DNA of 63,905 nt, the filler included, from Octopus bimaculoides (taxonomy: Eukaryota): NCBI RefSeq assembly GCF_001194135.2. It is 4 parts of 4 records of this genome, joined end to end, with 100 filler letters (N's around TTAATTAATTAA, not from the genome) between each part and the next. Parts side by side here need not be neighbours in the genome. Positions count along the whole stretch, not along the records: positions 32,637 to 59,178 come from NC_068999.1; 3 more parts are not named here. One strand, 5' to 3'. The notes beneath the pieces were generated by a model. It saw nothing but the letters and a program-made list of their open reading frames with translations, was not told where the DNA came from and ran no database searches. The position numbers were made by a program, and so were the translations under genes. Position 1 is the first letter of the stretch. Every line of letters starts with the position of its first letter. This document shows positions 37,306 to 50,041 of this stretch, one piece after another.

Positions 37306-40012
37306 TATATATAACTATACATCTGTATGCTTTATATATAACCTTCAATAAAACATTTAAAACCTAAAATTAATTGTTATTGTTCAACAATAGCTGCAAG
37401 CGCTCCTTTAATATCTTTCTTAATGTTTAGGAAGAAATGAATAACCACAGAAAATATTTTGTTGAAAACATTAATTCTATTTTCAAAACAGAATTGTCTG
37501 CTGAATAGATTTTTCCCTGAAAATATACACATTTTTTTTTTTTTTTTTTTTTCCACTTTTATCAACTCAATTTTTAGGTGGTTTCCATTAAAATATAACA
37601 ACAAAACTTAGTGTAATTTATTTATTTCTTAACATTAACTAAAATTTGGAAATTTATCTCTGAAATATCTTATGAACTAGAGGTTTTTTTTTTGTTTGTG
37701 ATTTTTATGCGTTTGAAAGGTATAAAGTTTAATTTAAATCAGAAACAGGTGATTGTGATGTTATGATTTCAACTCGTAAGAACTATATAGAGTTCTGTAA
37801 CTTACTAGCTATGATAATAATCGATTTTTAATTTAGTTTCAGCAGTAATATATTTTGAGTTCAGCTTTTAACTCTCTTTCAAGGTTAGCATACAACTCAT
37901 TTAAGACATGCCTGAGTAGTCATTCTCTATGGAATGAATCAATTTAGGGTTGGGTTTTTTTCTGTGCGTGTGTGGAAATAGATCAACTGGTTAAATGACT
38001 TCATTCACCACATTTCTTTTTCTGATTTGTCAAGCTTCAGCTGGACATTAACACTTAACACAAATGTCAAGATATATAACCTGACTACTTCTTTAAAGTG
38101 GATTCACTCATTGAATTGCAGCAATACTGGGCCACCATATTTAATAGTTTTACTTGATAATATTGACCTCAATGCCTATTTAGCTTGGCACTTATTTTAT
38201 TTATCCCTACTTGCGGAATTGTTGAGTTATAGAAAACAGAACTGATTGGAGAGAATGTGTTGTGGCCTTATGTGCCTCATGACAGAGAGATCTAACTAAC
38301 TGCTTGCTTTGTATTAATATCTTACCTATATTTCAGTGAATAAATTCTTTTAACTGGTGGATAAAAGTGTTGAAATTCTATGAATGTGTGGGATTGAAGC
38401 TAGCCAAAACATGTATTTCAATCAAAATATTAGAGTTGAAGATATCTGAAGTGCATAGCAATTACATAATATAATAAATAGAAAACCAGTGATAAGGTTA
38501 ATTTTATATGCATATGAATTTGTATTAATCTGGAAAGCACGAATTTGTCATTGAATTTAAGTGTGCTCTTTATACTATTAAGCAGGTTGATGTTTATAAC
38601 ATTTTAGTTCCAAAATATAATTTGTGTCATCTAATTTAATTGTGCCAGCATGGCCACAGCCTCTGGTTAAAACCAATAAAATAACAAAGGAACATAAAGT
38701 AGTATCTGTTTATTTAGTCTTATGCTTGACTAACATTTTCAGTCAAACTGCAAGTGTTTCTCAATTAAAATATGGCAAGCTTATTTCCTATAAGCTTTTG
38801 GGAGAAGCTAAAGAATTTCCAAAGTTATGTTGTCTAATAGAGAACAGATTGTTTAAAGCTAAATAGCCTTTAACAATCTGTTCTCTGGTAAGTGGAACTG
38901 TTATGATGAGTTATTTCATTCAATTACCATTTCCTCTGAAAATTGATTAACAGACTGAGTTTTTGGCAAGACTTGTTCTTAGAAAGTAAAATATTCGTTT
39001 TCAGTTTACTGTATGGGAACATATTCTTGCTAACATGTGGTTAATTTTTAGCATGGAGAAGTCAAAATCTGGCTTCAACAAGTAAAATATAGCAGAATCA
39101 TTGGCATTGTAACTTGTGACTGGAACTTAGCAATATTCAATATGAGACTTTTTGCAGTAGTCTAGAACAAGCTTACATAGCTCAGAAAGCAGCAACAGCT
39201 ATATTGTCTTGACAACAAAGCTTCTCTTGACTAAAATAGATTTTCATAAAGAATTTTAAATATTTGCATTTGGGAAAAAGAAGATCTTGCATCTTACTTC
39301 CTCATCCCTGCATTAAGAATATCTTTTTCTGCCAGGTTTGATAACTTTTCATTTCTTTTTTATAAATAGATATTCAAAATTATTATAGACCACAACAGAA
39401 ACCTCAGCAAGCCTTATACATTACACAGAACATGTACTGTTAAGATTTATTCTAGAATTTCATCATCTTTATTACCACCACCACCATCACTACCATCATC
39501 ATTATCATCATCATCATCTGTGTTCCATATGGGCATGGGTTGGATGGTTTGACAGGATCTGATGGGTTTAAGGACTGTGTCATGCTCCAGTGTTTGCTTT
39601 GTCATGGTTTCTTAGGCTGGATGCCTTTCCTAATGCCAGCTGGTGATTTTCTCATGCTATTGGCACCAGTAAGGTCACCATGCAGCTTGCAAGCCTATGA
39701 AATCTGTGGTGGAAGGTGGGAAGCTTTATACTAGGAGATGGGATGTTAAAGTATAAGGGAGGGGCAAGCAGGTTCTTGTTGTAGAGGAGATACATGACTA
39801 CTCACATTCAGAAGAGGGGAGGAAAATGATCAGTAGGAGCTGCAAAACGATAAATAATAAATAGGGATGATAAGGTGTTCAGGTGGCTCCTCAAAGAACA
39901 AGATGAGTAAAAGCATGAACCCTTAAAGCTTTTAAAAATTTGCTAATTCTAACTTTTCTAATTTTTCTAATGTCAAAAATTATCTTCATTTCAGGTTGAT
40001 ATCTAGAAAGTA

Positions 40013-40395
40013 GAGGCGCAATGGCCCAGTGGTTAGGGCAGCGGATTCGCGGTCGTAAGATCGAGGTTTCGATTCCCAGACCGGGCGTTGTGAGTGTTTA
40101 TTGAGCGAAAACACCTAAAGTTCCACAAGGCTCCGGCAGGGGATGGTGGCGAACCCTGCTGTACTCTTTCACCACAACTTTCTCTCACTCTTTCTTCCTG
40201 TTTCTCATGTACCCGTATTTCAAAGGGCCAGCCTTGTCGCACTCTGTGTCACGCTGAATCTCCCCGAGAACTACGTTAAGGGTACACGTGTCTGTGGAGT
40301 GCTCAGCCACTTGCACGTTAATTTCACGAGCAGGTTGTTCCGTTGATCGGATCAACTGGAACCCTCAACGTTGTAACCGACGGAGTGCCAACCAA
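40013..40395 (+). mobile_element. SINE family B with 11-bp TSD
   Basis: A-box/B-box tRNA-like head. GATATCTAGAA at 39998-40008 and 40396-40406. Confidence 0.92.
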
Positions 40396-40617
40396 GATAT
40401 CTAGAAGACATTATGTAAAATTTGGTAAAATATATGTGTGATTTAATTATTGCTGTTTTTGTGAAAGAAATATACTCTCTGTTGATATTGATAGTAAGTT
40501 TTCTTGTGGCTTGGCATGTAATTCAATTTTGATAATCAAGCTTGTAAAGGATTAACTGAAACTTGCTTTCGTGAATGATTCTTCAAATATTGATAAACAT
40601 ATTTTACATTATTCTAG

Positions 40618-40665
40618 GCATCAACTTGGGAAGGCACTTATGATCCTGACACTGAAAGGAATAAG
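40618..40665 (+). CDS. GPCR (cAMP-receptor-like/Dicty_CAR type) coding exon, intracellular loop 3: ASTWEGTYDPDTERNK
   Basis: ttacattattctag|GCATCA...AATAAG|gtataa. 48 nt, phase 0/0, and joins the 42855 exon in frame. Confidence 0.7.
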
Positions 40666-41115
40666 GTATAATAAATTGCCTAATCATTTTATATATCTCC
40701 TAAAACTTACTTTAATACTTATTCTACCTTACAACCCTCTTGGGTTGTCAGATGAATTCTTTTTTTTTTCCTACTTGATATTCCATTGTCATACATCTGA
40801 AAAGAGGCAAATGTTATTTAAATTTCAAAAACAATAAACTAAAAGTGTAGCAGAAGACTAGAATTGCAAAAAAGTCATTAAATACCATGATCAAAATAAG
40901 TTTCATATTAATTCAAATAACATTGGAAAGAATTAAAATAAATGGAGAGAATAAAAAAAACGAGACAAAAACAGATTTATCTGACAGCCTAATAGTTGTC
41001 ATCACATTCTCCATCAGTTTTCATTTCTGTACTTTTCTATCTTTATACCCTCAAATTTCAACTACCTTGTGGTACCAACTGCGCACAAGACAGTTGCAAC
41101 ATGTGTGTGTGTATG

Positions 41116-41160
<45 letters not shown>

Positions 41161-42854
41161 NNNNNNNNNNNNNNNNNNNNNNNNNNNNNNNNNNNNNNNN
41201 NNNNNNNNNNNNNNNNNNNNNNNNNNNNNNNNNNNNNNNNNNNNNNNNNNNNNNNNNNNNNNNNNNNNNNNNNNNNNNNNNNNNNNNNNNNNNNNNNNNN
41301 NNNNNNNNNNNNNNNNNNNNNNNNNNNNNNNNNNNNNNNNNNNNNNNNNNNNNNNNNNNNNNNNNNNNNNNNNNNNNNNNNNNNNNNNNNNNNNNNNNNN
41401 NNNNNNNNNNNNNNNNNNNNNNNNNNNNNNNNNNNNNNNNNNNNNNNNNNNNNNNNNNNNNNNNNNNNNNNNNNNNNNNNNNNNNNNNNNNNNNNNNNNN
41501 NNNNNNNNNNNNNNNNNNNNNNNNNNNNNNNNNNNNNNNNNNNNNNNNATATATATATATATATATATAGTCTCTAAGCCAAAAGTACACAGTTTATGCA
41601 ACCTCTTGTACTTGCTGTGGTCTTCAAAGCCTTGTAACCTCAATTGAACACTACATTATTCCCATTATATACTGTATTATACCAAATGTATTGTCAGCTT
41701 TGTCTTTTATGCTTATGATGTCAATTAAATAAAATACCAGTTCAGAATGGTGGATTGGTAGAACTGTTAGAATGTTGGCTGAGATATCTTGTGCTATCTG
41801 TTTCAGCTTTTTGTATTCTAAGTTCAGATCATACCTATGTTGAGAGCAAGGGCTAAATCACCTGCCCAGAGGTGCACCCTGTTCAATCTACATTTGGTAG
41901 GTCCTACAACCAGCATTGATAAATCTGTAATGCCATGTTGATGCTTCATTTAGCAGTGAATTGACAAGAGCTTGAAAGACTACTAGATGCATAATCCACA
42001 TTACATTATGTAATTATGATATTATACAGACTGTAATACTGGTTGGACATTCATTGTTGCCATTATGTATCCAGTTTACCAGCTTCTTTTATTGTCCTTT
42101 TCTATCATTTTTATACTACTATATTCTCACCAGTTGCTGATATATGCTACTATATACTTAGTTGTATCCACCATTCATAGTTATGATCACCATTCATAAC
42201 TGTAATCGACCATTGATAAAAATAACCAATGTACTGATATTGCACCATGAATAATTTGTATTGTTGTTAGAAAGACTTAATTTGTTTTTAATAAATACAA
42301 ATATTCTACAACATACTACATTTATAAATTGTGCAGAAAATAAGGCATAGATAAAATTATCACACTAATAATAGTTGTTTATTGTTTTGACTGCTGGAGA
42401 TAAAACAAATAAAAAAAAGCAGTAATACTAGTGCACCTTGCATGGAATGTTATGATGAATTATGTTTTAAAGTTAGAAATTTAGAAACAATATTAAAAAA
42501 AAACTGTTGCTTAGTTTATTTTCATACTTGTGTGTAACAAAATTATGAACAACATATTTCCCTAACCACTCAAGCATTATATTTTTTAATATCCATGGTG
42601 CACATGGGTACACTTTACAGCACACCAATGTGCCATAGTACATGGTTTGAGAACCACTTGCCTACAATATATCCTGTTCTTAAATTATAAATAAGCTTCT
42701 AAAACTTTGTTCCTGCATAAAAAGTTTATCTGCAGTTAGGCTATTCCTTTAAAGTATTTTGAACTTTGCTGAAACCCACCATATTAACAGTGCTCAAATA
42801 TATTCATTGTATTAAATGATTGTGAATAAATCTCTTTTGATTATATTTCTTTAG

Positions 42855-42937
42855 CAAATGCTGAAAGAAGACATAAAGCCTTTAAGGGGCTATCCCTTTG
42901 TTTACTTAGCAGTTTCCATTTTTCCATTGGTGAATAG
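42855..42937 (+). CDS. GPCR coding exon, TM6: QMLKEDIKPLRGYPFVYLAVSIFPLVN(R)
   Basis: tatttctttag|CAAATG...GAATAG|gtgagt. 83 nt, phase 0/2. The YPxVY hydrophobic helix is typical of TM6 in CAR-like receptors. Confidence 0.8.
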
Positions 42938-44239
42938 GTGAGTACATACTTTGCACCAACATTTCCCTAAGCTGTTTTCACAGATTTCATATCACTATAA
43001 GAATGGTAGTAAATATAACAAAATCAGTGGAATATTGGATTAAATACATCAAAGTATTGCTTAATTCATATGTGACTGAGTTCAAGCTCCATACGAGTTG
43101 ACTTTATCTTCCATCCTTCCAGGCTCCATAGAATAAAAAGAGTATCAACTACAGACTGTTACCTTTGAAAAATTGACTTTGCTTTTAGTCAAGAGAAATC
43201 CATTTATAATTATTGATTTCTTACATTGTCACAAGAGCATAAATATGTAAGTAGAAGTTGTACTCAGTTGAATTAACTTACAGAAACAGCTTAACTACAT
43301 GCATGCTTCCTATTCTATTGAAACTGAAAAAGGTGGAAGATAATAAAAAAAGCCAGCCCAAGTAGGATTTGAAGTCAGAATGATGTACACTCTGTCATGG
43401 TCATTTCTATCAACTTTCCAAATATTTCTTCTTCATGTGCCAAACCAACATGGACCTCCGTCCTTTCCTCTCCCACACACAATGTAGCACAGTATCTCAG
43501 CAGTTTTCTGTGTCCTCTTGGTCAGTCATTGAGTATCTTCTTCTTTGTTTCTTTTTCCTTTAAATTTTCCAGTTGTCACTTAGTGTTCGATTTGTCTTCT
43601 CTAAATCCTAAATTGGTTAATCCTTTCATAAATCTTTTTGGATCCAGCCTCCTCAGCCACCTAACTGAACTTGCCCTCATTTTAACTTGCTTCTCCTTCT
43701 CTGTTGAGTTTCACATAAATATTTAGCAGCCTAATTATCGAGACCAAAATGGACCAAACTCTTTGCAGAAGATATTAAGACTCAAATTATTACATATTTC
43801 TGTAATCTGATAATGCCAGAGTTATGTGGTTATTGTGTAAAATACTGCATCAGAGAAGATTCCTTTGGGAAAGGAAAACTACTAAATTATGCTAAAAATA
43901 AGGGGTCTACTAAATGAGATCTCCATTGTGATTATTGATGAACTTTTAAAGGATAACCATCTTATTTAGTTGAATCTTTATCTTTAGCTCCTATCCAATT
44001 TAGTAGGTTTCCTTTGTAAGAATTTTACCTTTATACAATGAAGGATCAAAGGAGACTTCTTTATATAATTTGTTTCTATATTGTGTTATATGTCATCTCT
44101 ACTGTTCTGAACATTCCACTCTGTTTTAATGTACTTAATGAATATAAGAATAAATAAGACTTAAATAACACTTATAAGAATGAAAAATATCATCACCTCA
44201 AAAGACATCACACTGCACTTAAAATTGAGGCGAGGGGCA

Positions 44240-44420
44240 GAAATCTAGACAATGTATGCAGCAATGGAGGAGAAAATAGAAGCCCTTGTGATATGGATTT
44301 TTTTGCATATTGGATAGAATGATCTGGAAAGACAGAGTAACAAATGCTGCAGTACTAGAAAAGCTGAAAGTCCAAGGACACCTTTTGTTGAGAATCCAGT
44401 TCATGAAGCTGTCATATTTT
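44240..44420 (+). mobile_element. RTE LINE 3' fragment
   Basis: EEKIEALVIWIFCILDRMIWKDRVTNAAVLEKLK. Confidence 0.55.
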
Positions 44421-44656
44421 GATCTACAATGCACTATGATTTATTGGTCTAGACTGTCCTGATAAGAAGTGGGAAATGAAAAGACTAAGAGGCCATCAAA
44501 AAGTTTGTGGTCTGATAACCTCTAAGAATAAACTGGAAATAAGAGCCTGGCTGAATGTATGCATGTAGCACAACACAGAGGGAACTAGAGAGTCTTGGCA
44601 AGCTGACCTCTGGTCGCTGAGAGGGCACCTGGCTGATGGTAAAATGAATATATTGA

Positions 44657-45884
44657 TTGGGTTGGCAATGTTATGATTTTTTTTCCTTTTGACATTTGAT
44701 AACTGTTACTTTTAGCTTACTTTTGAAGCAAATTGCACATAATTTTGTTTACACCTGTTAGTTCACTGTCAATTTTAATATGGAGTACAAAATCGAACAT
44801 TTTCACCATATTTTACTTTTTTCATTTCCATAAAAGCAAGAAAGCTGCTGAGGCTCACAAAGAAATATGTGAAATTTATGGTGTTGATTACTTAACAGAA
44901 TGCACATATAAGAAATGGTTTAAGCAGCTCCATTCTGGAGATTTTTCATTCAAAGATGACCAACATTCTGGTTGACCTACTGAAGTTGATGATGACTGAA
45001 TTAATGCCATAATTGAATCTGATTGTCATATAACTGAGTGAGAGATTGCAGAGAGCTTAAATGTATCACAGACAACAATTGAAACTTATTGAAAATGTCT
45101 TGGGCTCATTAAGAAGCTCGATGCATGGGTTCCACATAAATTGAAAGAGATTCACTTAACACAACGAATCAATATTTGTTATATGCATCTCAAACACAAT
45201 GAAATTGACCTTTGTTTGAAACAAATCATCACTGGTGATGAAAAATGGATTGTCTACAATAGCATCAATTGAAAACGATCATGGTCCAAGCGTAATGAAC
45301 CAGCACAAACCACATCAAAAGCTGAATTGCATTCATAAAAAGTCATGCCACCAATTTGGTGGGATTATAAAGGTGTAGTGTATTTTGAACTGCTTCCAAG
45401 GAACCAAACGATTAATTCAGATGTTTACTGTCAACAACTAATGAAACTGGAGGAAGCAATCAAAGAAAAATGGCCAGAATTAGCAAATCGTAAAGAAATC
45501 GTGTTCCACCATGACAACACTAGGCCACTCACCTCTTTGCTAACTCATGAAAAATTATTGGAGCTTGGTTGAGAAGTGATGTCACATCCACCATATAGCC
45601 CTGACCTTGCACCATCAGATTACCATTTGTTTCAAAGTTTGCAAAATTTTTTGAATTATAAGACTTTCAATAATGCTGATGACCTGAAATTACACTTGCT
45701 TCAGTTTTTGGCTGATAAAGACCAGAAGTTCTATGAGCACTGAATTATGAAGTTGCCAGAAAGATGGCAAAAGGTCATTGCACAAAATGAAAAGTTTATA
45801 ATTGATTAAAGTTCATTCTTTGTATGAAAAAAAATGACTTTTATTGCACACTAAAAAACCAAAATTACTTTCTTGCCGACCCAA
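44657..45884 (+). mobile_element. Mariner DNA transposon, near full length, decayed (inside GPCR intron)
   Basis: TIRs TTGGGTTGGCAA / TTGCCGACCCAA with TA at the right end. Transposase remnant about 44780-45809 includes MEYKIEHF, WVPHKLKE, TGDEKWIVY, WWDYKGVVYFELL, FHHDNTRP and HPPYSPDLAPSDYHLF, with several stops. Confidence 0.92.
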
Positions 45885-45897
45885 TATATTACAATTA

Positions 45898-46766
45898 CAT
45901 GGAAAAATGCGAGCAAGAGAAATAATATTCTTAACATTATAAACCTGGAAAATTACAGGACAAGTTATTACACTTGGAAAAGTTCAGGGCAACTTATTAC
46001 GTCTGGTGAAGTACAGAACAAGAAAATTTTTACTTAAAATATTGCAGCTAAGGATAAAATTTCAAATAAAATATTTAGATTTAGAAAATATTAGCTTTTA
46101 TTAAAACTAAAATTTTATTACAAGTTATTACTTCTATTTGTTATTACTTGTTACTTCTAGTAAAAATTAAAAGTAACTCAAAATATTTTTTTGCACTTTA
46201 AAAATATTCATATTTTTAATTATTAATTAATAATCAGAAATTTGAAAATAGGTTATAAAAAATAGTAGTATATATAATTAGTTAGTACAATAATTAGAAT
46301 AATACAAAAATTAGTTATATATTACAGTAAAATTTACCTATAACAACAAATTCACAGTAAAATTTGCTTGAGTTATTACCATGTCTTCACATTTTTAGTC
46401 TTGACCCAATGCCTATTTTTTACATAATGAATTTGCCTACCATACATACTATTCTACTTTGCATAAAACTTTAGCTGTATTGAGACTTATGGCTCTCGTT
46501 TTTTAAAGTATTCTAGTGTGTCAATATTTTAACAAAATGATGGTACCTTTTTTAATTGTAATGTTACTTTGTAAATTAAAATCAAATAATTTTTAATATT
46601 CAAATTTTATCCTTAGCTGCAATATTTTAAGTAAACATTTTCTTGTTCTGTACTTTACCAGATGTAATAAGTTGTCCTGAACTTTTCCAAGTGTAATAAC
46701 TTGTCCTGTAATTTTCCAAGTTTATAATGTTAAGAATATTATTTCTCTTCCTCACATTTTTCCATG
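45898..46766. mobile_element. MITE with 165-bp terminal inverted repeats, TA target site
   Basis: 45898-46062 and 46602-46766 are near-perfect reverse complements (CATGGAAAAATG.../...CATTTTTCCATG), with TA on both sides and an AT-rich non-coding interior. Confidence 0.85.
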
Positions 46767-47651
46767 TAGCCCATGTTTTTTTCCAGGCTATGCTATTATG
46801 CTAATTATAATGAGTCAGCTGTGTCAATTAGCAGTGTCATTGACAATTTTGTCCTTACCTCAATGACGCCAGTGACATATAAAAGTCCCCTTATAGAACT
46901 ATATTCATAAAAATGTATAGAACTATATTATCACCCTCAAATTTGAGAAACAAACACTCATAACTTTTTTCTTTTAAAACTTCATTGCATGAGATTGATA
47001 CCATGAAATTCCTCAAATTGAGCTCTATCATTTAAGCTTAATTAAAATATAGTTGTTTTTTTTAATAAAAGACTTAATTATACTTAAATCCAATTTTTTG
47101 CCTTATATTCATGATATTTTACCTCACAACTTTTTTTGATACAAAGTTTTGTTGCATGAGACCAAAACTATAAAATTCTTCATGCTTTCTTCTATCATTG
47201 AAGCTAAGATAAATATATTTTTCTTTTAAAATATAAAATCATTTAGACCTAAACTTGATTGGCGGTGTTACTCTCCTATGATGTTGCTACAAATTTTGAT
47301 GTAAACTTTTTCTACTGGATCAAATCTCAATTTTTTATGCCAAAATGTAGCTAGGGGCCAGTCCTCTTCAAAAATGTTAGCAGTTTTCAATTTGGTTAAG
47401 AACTGAATTAGCGACAAGCTCTGAAAGATGCTGCCTGTAAGTAAATTGTGGCCTTCAGAATATTACTCAACTACTACCATAGTTGATTGATATGGTAAAA
47501 AAGAAATGACTGCATGAATTTTTCCTATAATAGTGTTTTGACAGTCATGGATGACAGAATCATGAATGAAATTTGACCAGCTACAGCTAACTTCATTTGT
47601 AATGCAGCTTTTTTTTTTCTGGTGTTATATAGTTGTTTTTTTTAATTTCAG

Positions 47652-47728
47652 AATTCAAAATGCCATCAGCAGTGGGAATCCTGTTTTTACATTAGTTCTA
47701 CTTGCATCAATCTCCAGTCCTTTACATG
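47652..47728 (+). CDS. GPCR coding exon, ECL3-TM7: (R)IQNAISSGNPVFTLVLLASISSPLH(G)
   Basis: ttttttaatttcag|AATTC...TACATG|gtaagt. 77 nt, phase 2/1, exactly complementing the neighbouring exons. Confidence 0.8.
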
Positions 47729-48156
47729 GTAAGTCTTTGCTCTTTGTATTGTCTAACACCTTGCCTAAAGTATGTCAGGTATTATCTACATCATAGGATC
47801 TTGAGATGTGATCTGATGTATATCATAGCATACAATTACAAGTTCCTAAACTACCAATTGTCCAAAAGTATCATATTATCTATAAATACTTCATTTTACT
47901 TATGATATGTCTATCAAAATAAAGGTCAGAGGGCCTTTCCAAGCTATAGGCTCATAAGACCAATTACCCAAATTCTGTGGCATATATATTTCCCCCCTGA
48001 TGAGACACTGGTCCATTCCAAGATTACTCACTTTTACCAGCTGAGTAAACTGGAGCAATGTGAAATGAAGTGTTTTGCTCAAGAACACAATACATCACCC
48101 AGTCCAGGAATTGAAACTTCAGTATTACAATCATGAATGCCACTGTGTATCAATAA

Positions 48157-48750
48157 TTCTTTTACTTGTTTCAGTCATTTGACTGTGGCCATGCTGGAGC
48201 ACCGCCTTTAGTCGAGCAAATCGACCCCAGGACTTATTCTTTGGAGGCCTAGTACTTATTCTATCAGTCTCTTTTGCTGAACCGCTAAGTTATGGGGACG
48301 TAAACACACCAGCATCGGTTGTGAAGCGATGTTGGGGGGACAAACACAGACACACAAACATATACACACACATACATATATATATATATANNNNNNNNNN
48401 NNNNNNNNNNNNNNNNNNNNNNNNNNNNNNNNNNNNNNNNNNNNNNNNNNNNNNNNNNNNNNNNNNNNNNNNNNNNNNNNNNNNNNNNNNNNNNNNNNNN
48501 NNNNNNNNNNNNNNNNNNNNNNNNNNNNNNNNNNNNNNNNNNNNNNNNNNNNNNNNNNNNNNNNNNNNNNNNNNNNNNATATATATACGACAGGCTTCTT
48601 TCAGTTTCCGTCTACCAAATCCACTCACAAGGCTTTGGTCGGCCCGAGGCTATAGTAGAAGACACTTGCCCAAGGTGCCACACAGTGGGACTGAACCCAG
48701 AACCGTGTGGTTGGTAAGCAAGCTACTTACCACACAGCCACTCCTGCATC
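48157..48750 (-). mobile_element. SINE family C (internal TA/TG microsatellite), full length across a gap
   Basis: Head GGAGTGGCTGTGTGGTAAGTAGCTTGCTTACC...AGAAGCCxGTCGTATATA, a microsatellite, then a 3' half ending GACTGAAACAAGTAAAAG. Other copies: 17157-17334(+), 22624-22865(+), 23945-24181(+), 28143-28327(-), 51801-52198(-), 53121-53600(+), 55540-55690(-), 60262-60620(-). Confidence 0.88.
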
Positions 48751-49260
48751 ATTTAAGAACTACTGTACAGTGTTACATGTCAGTAAGTACACTGAAGATA
48801 AGTACTAATGCTGAAGTATTATATGTAATAAGTACCATTATGGTACTACATGTTAATATACAATAATAAGGTCATGAGAGTGGTCACTCAACTTGCTAAA
48901 AATAGCAGCCAGAAAGCATTCAAATCACATCCTGATACCATAGAAAAGGATTCATTGGATAATGTAGTCATTGATGCAGTATAACTGTCAAAAATATGGG
49001 ATCATCATGGGTATTACTGATATGCTTGATCAGGGCTGACTTTGGGTTAAATAACAACAGCAGCAATGTATACTGCTGTGTTATTGTCAATGAGTACTAC
49101 TTGAAATGTTGTTTAAGCCTTATTTATTCTTACATGTCTAAGAGTACTTCTGTAGAGGAGACAGAAGATTATCACTGGTACAGATAATGGAAACAATAAC
49201 AGCAATTAGAAAATTACTATTTTTAAATCTCACAACGAGAGATATTCTGCAACAGTACTT

Positions 49261-49461
49261 TGGAGTAAAGAGTTTTGCCAACATAACATGGCAGTCTTGG
49301 TTTAGGACAAATGTTGCTGTAATTTAGCCCCAGGGGACACAGATAAGGACACAGATTGTATTGTATAGCCAGCTGGAGACGATGCCTCCTGGGGCTAAAT
49401 TACAGCAACATTCGTCCTAAACCAGGACTGCCATGTTATGTCGGCAAAAATCTTTACTCCA
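49261..49461. repeat. Fold-back inverted repeat, 74-bp arms with 53-bp spacer
   Basis: 49261-49334 pairs with 49388-49461 with few mismatches. Confidence 0.85.
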
Positions 49462-49599
49462 ATAACAGCAATGATCTTGAACATACTGAAAATATGTATT
49501 ACATTAATAATGTGTGTGTGTGTGTGAAAGAGAGAGAGAGAGAGAGAGAGAGTACAAATGCCTCTTCCCCAAGGGGCAGAGATCACTTATACTAACTGC

Positions 49600-49900
49600 A
49601 GAACAGGCAGAGGGTTGAGAAAGTGCATCTATGGGCCAAAGGTTAGAGTGTGATTTTGGAGCATGACCCTGTCTTTGGAGTGTAACTCTGTGGGCCAGAA
49701 CTTAAAGTGACTTCATGCAAATCAGATGAGCAATCTTTCTTTGGATGCACTATAAGCTGTATGATGTACATCAGCAGTGTCCCAGATGTGAGAGCAGTGC
49801 TCCAGTGTGGGCTTCACCTGAGCTTTATAGAAAATTAGTAGTTGTTAAGTTGTTGGAGGATAAAAAATATGATGTTTTGTTGATGCCCATGAATGATTTT
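49600..49900 (-). mobile_element. Jockey/I-group LINE remnant
   Basis: LYKAQVKPTLEHCSHIWDTA resembles the LYKxxIRPxLEYxSxIW motif of these LINEs. Confidence 0.55.
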
Positions 49901-49970
49901 CAGAGTTAAAATACCAACTTAAGAGAAAAGGAACCTAGACTAATGTCTTTCATAAAAATCCTTATTACAG

Positions 49971-50041
49971 GTGCTCTAAATGCTATTGTGTTTGGAATGG
50001 ACAGAAGCATATTTCAACAACTTACACCTTCACAAATAAAG
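49971..50041 (+). CDS. GPCR coding exon, TM7-helix 8: (G)ALNAIVFGMDRSIFQQLTPSQIK
   Basis: ccttattacag|GTGCT...ATAAAG|gtaagt. 71 nt, phase 1/0. It completes SPLHGALNAIVFG, equivalent to the PLQGxxNAxVYG TM7 motif of the Dicty_CAR family. Confidence 0.8.

Noticed and set aside
40013-40090. tRNA-like sequence (also 10750-10831 and 62459-62530)
   Set aside because: These are SINE heads. Each continues into a shared 300-bp body with a tail (and TSDs in two copies), and no complete cloverleaf acceptor stem is evident.
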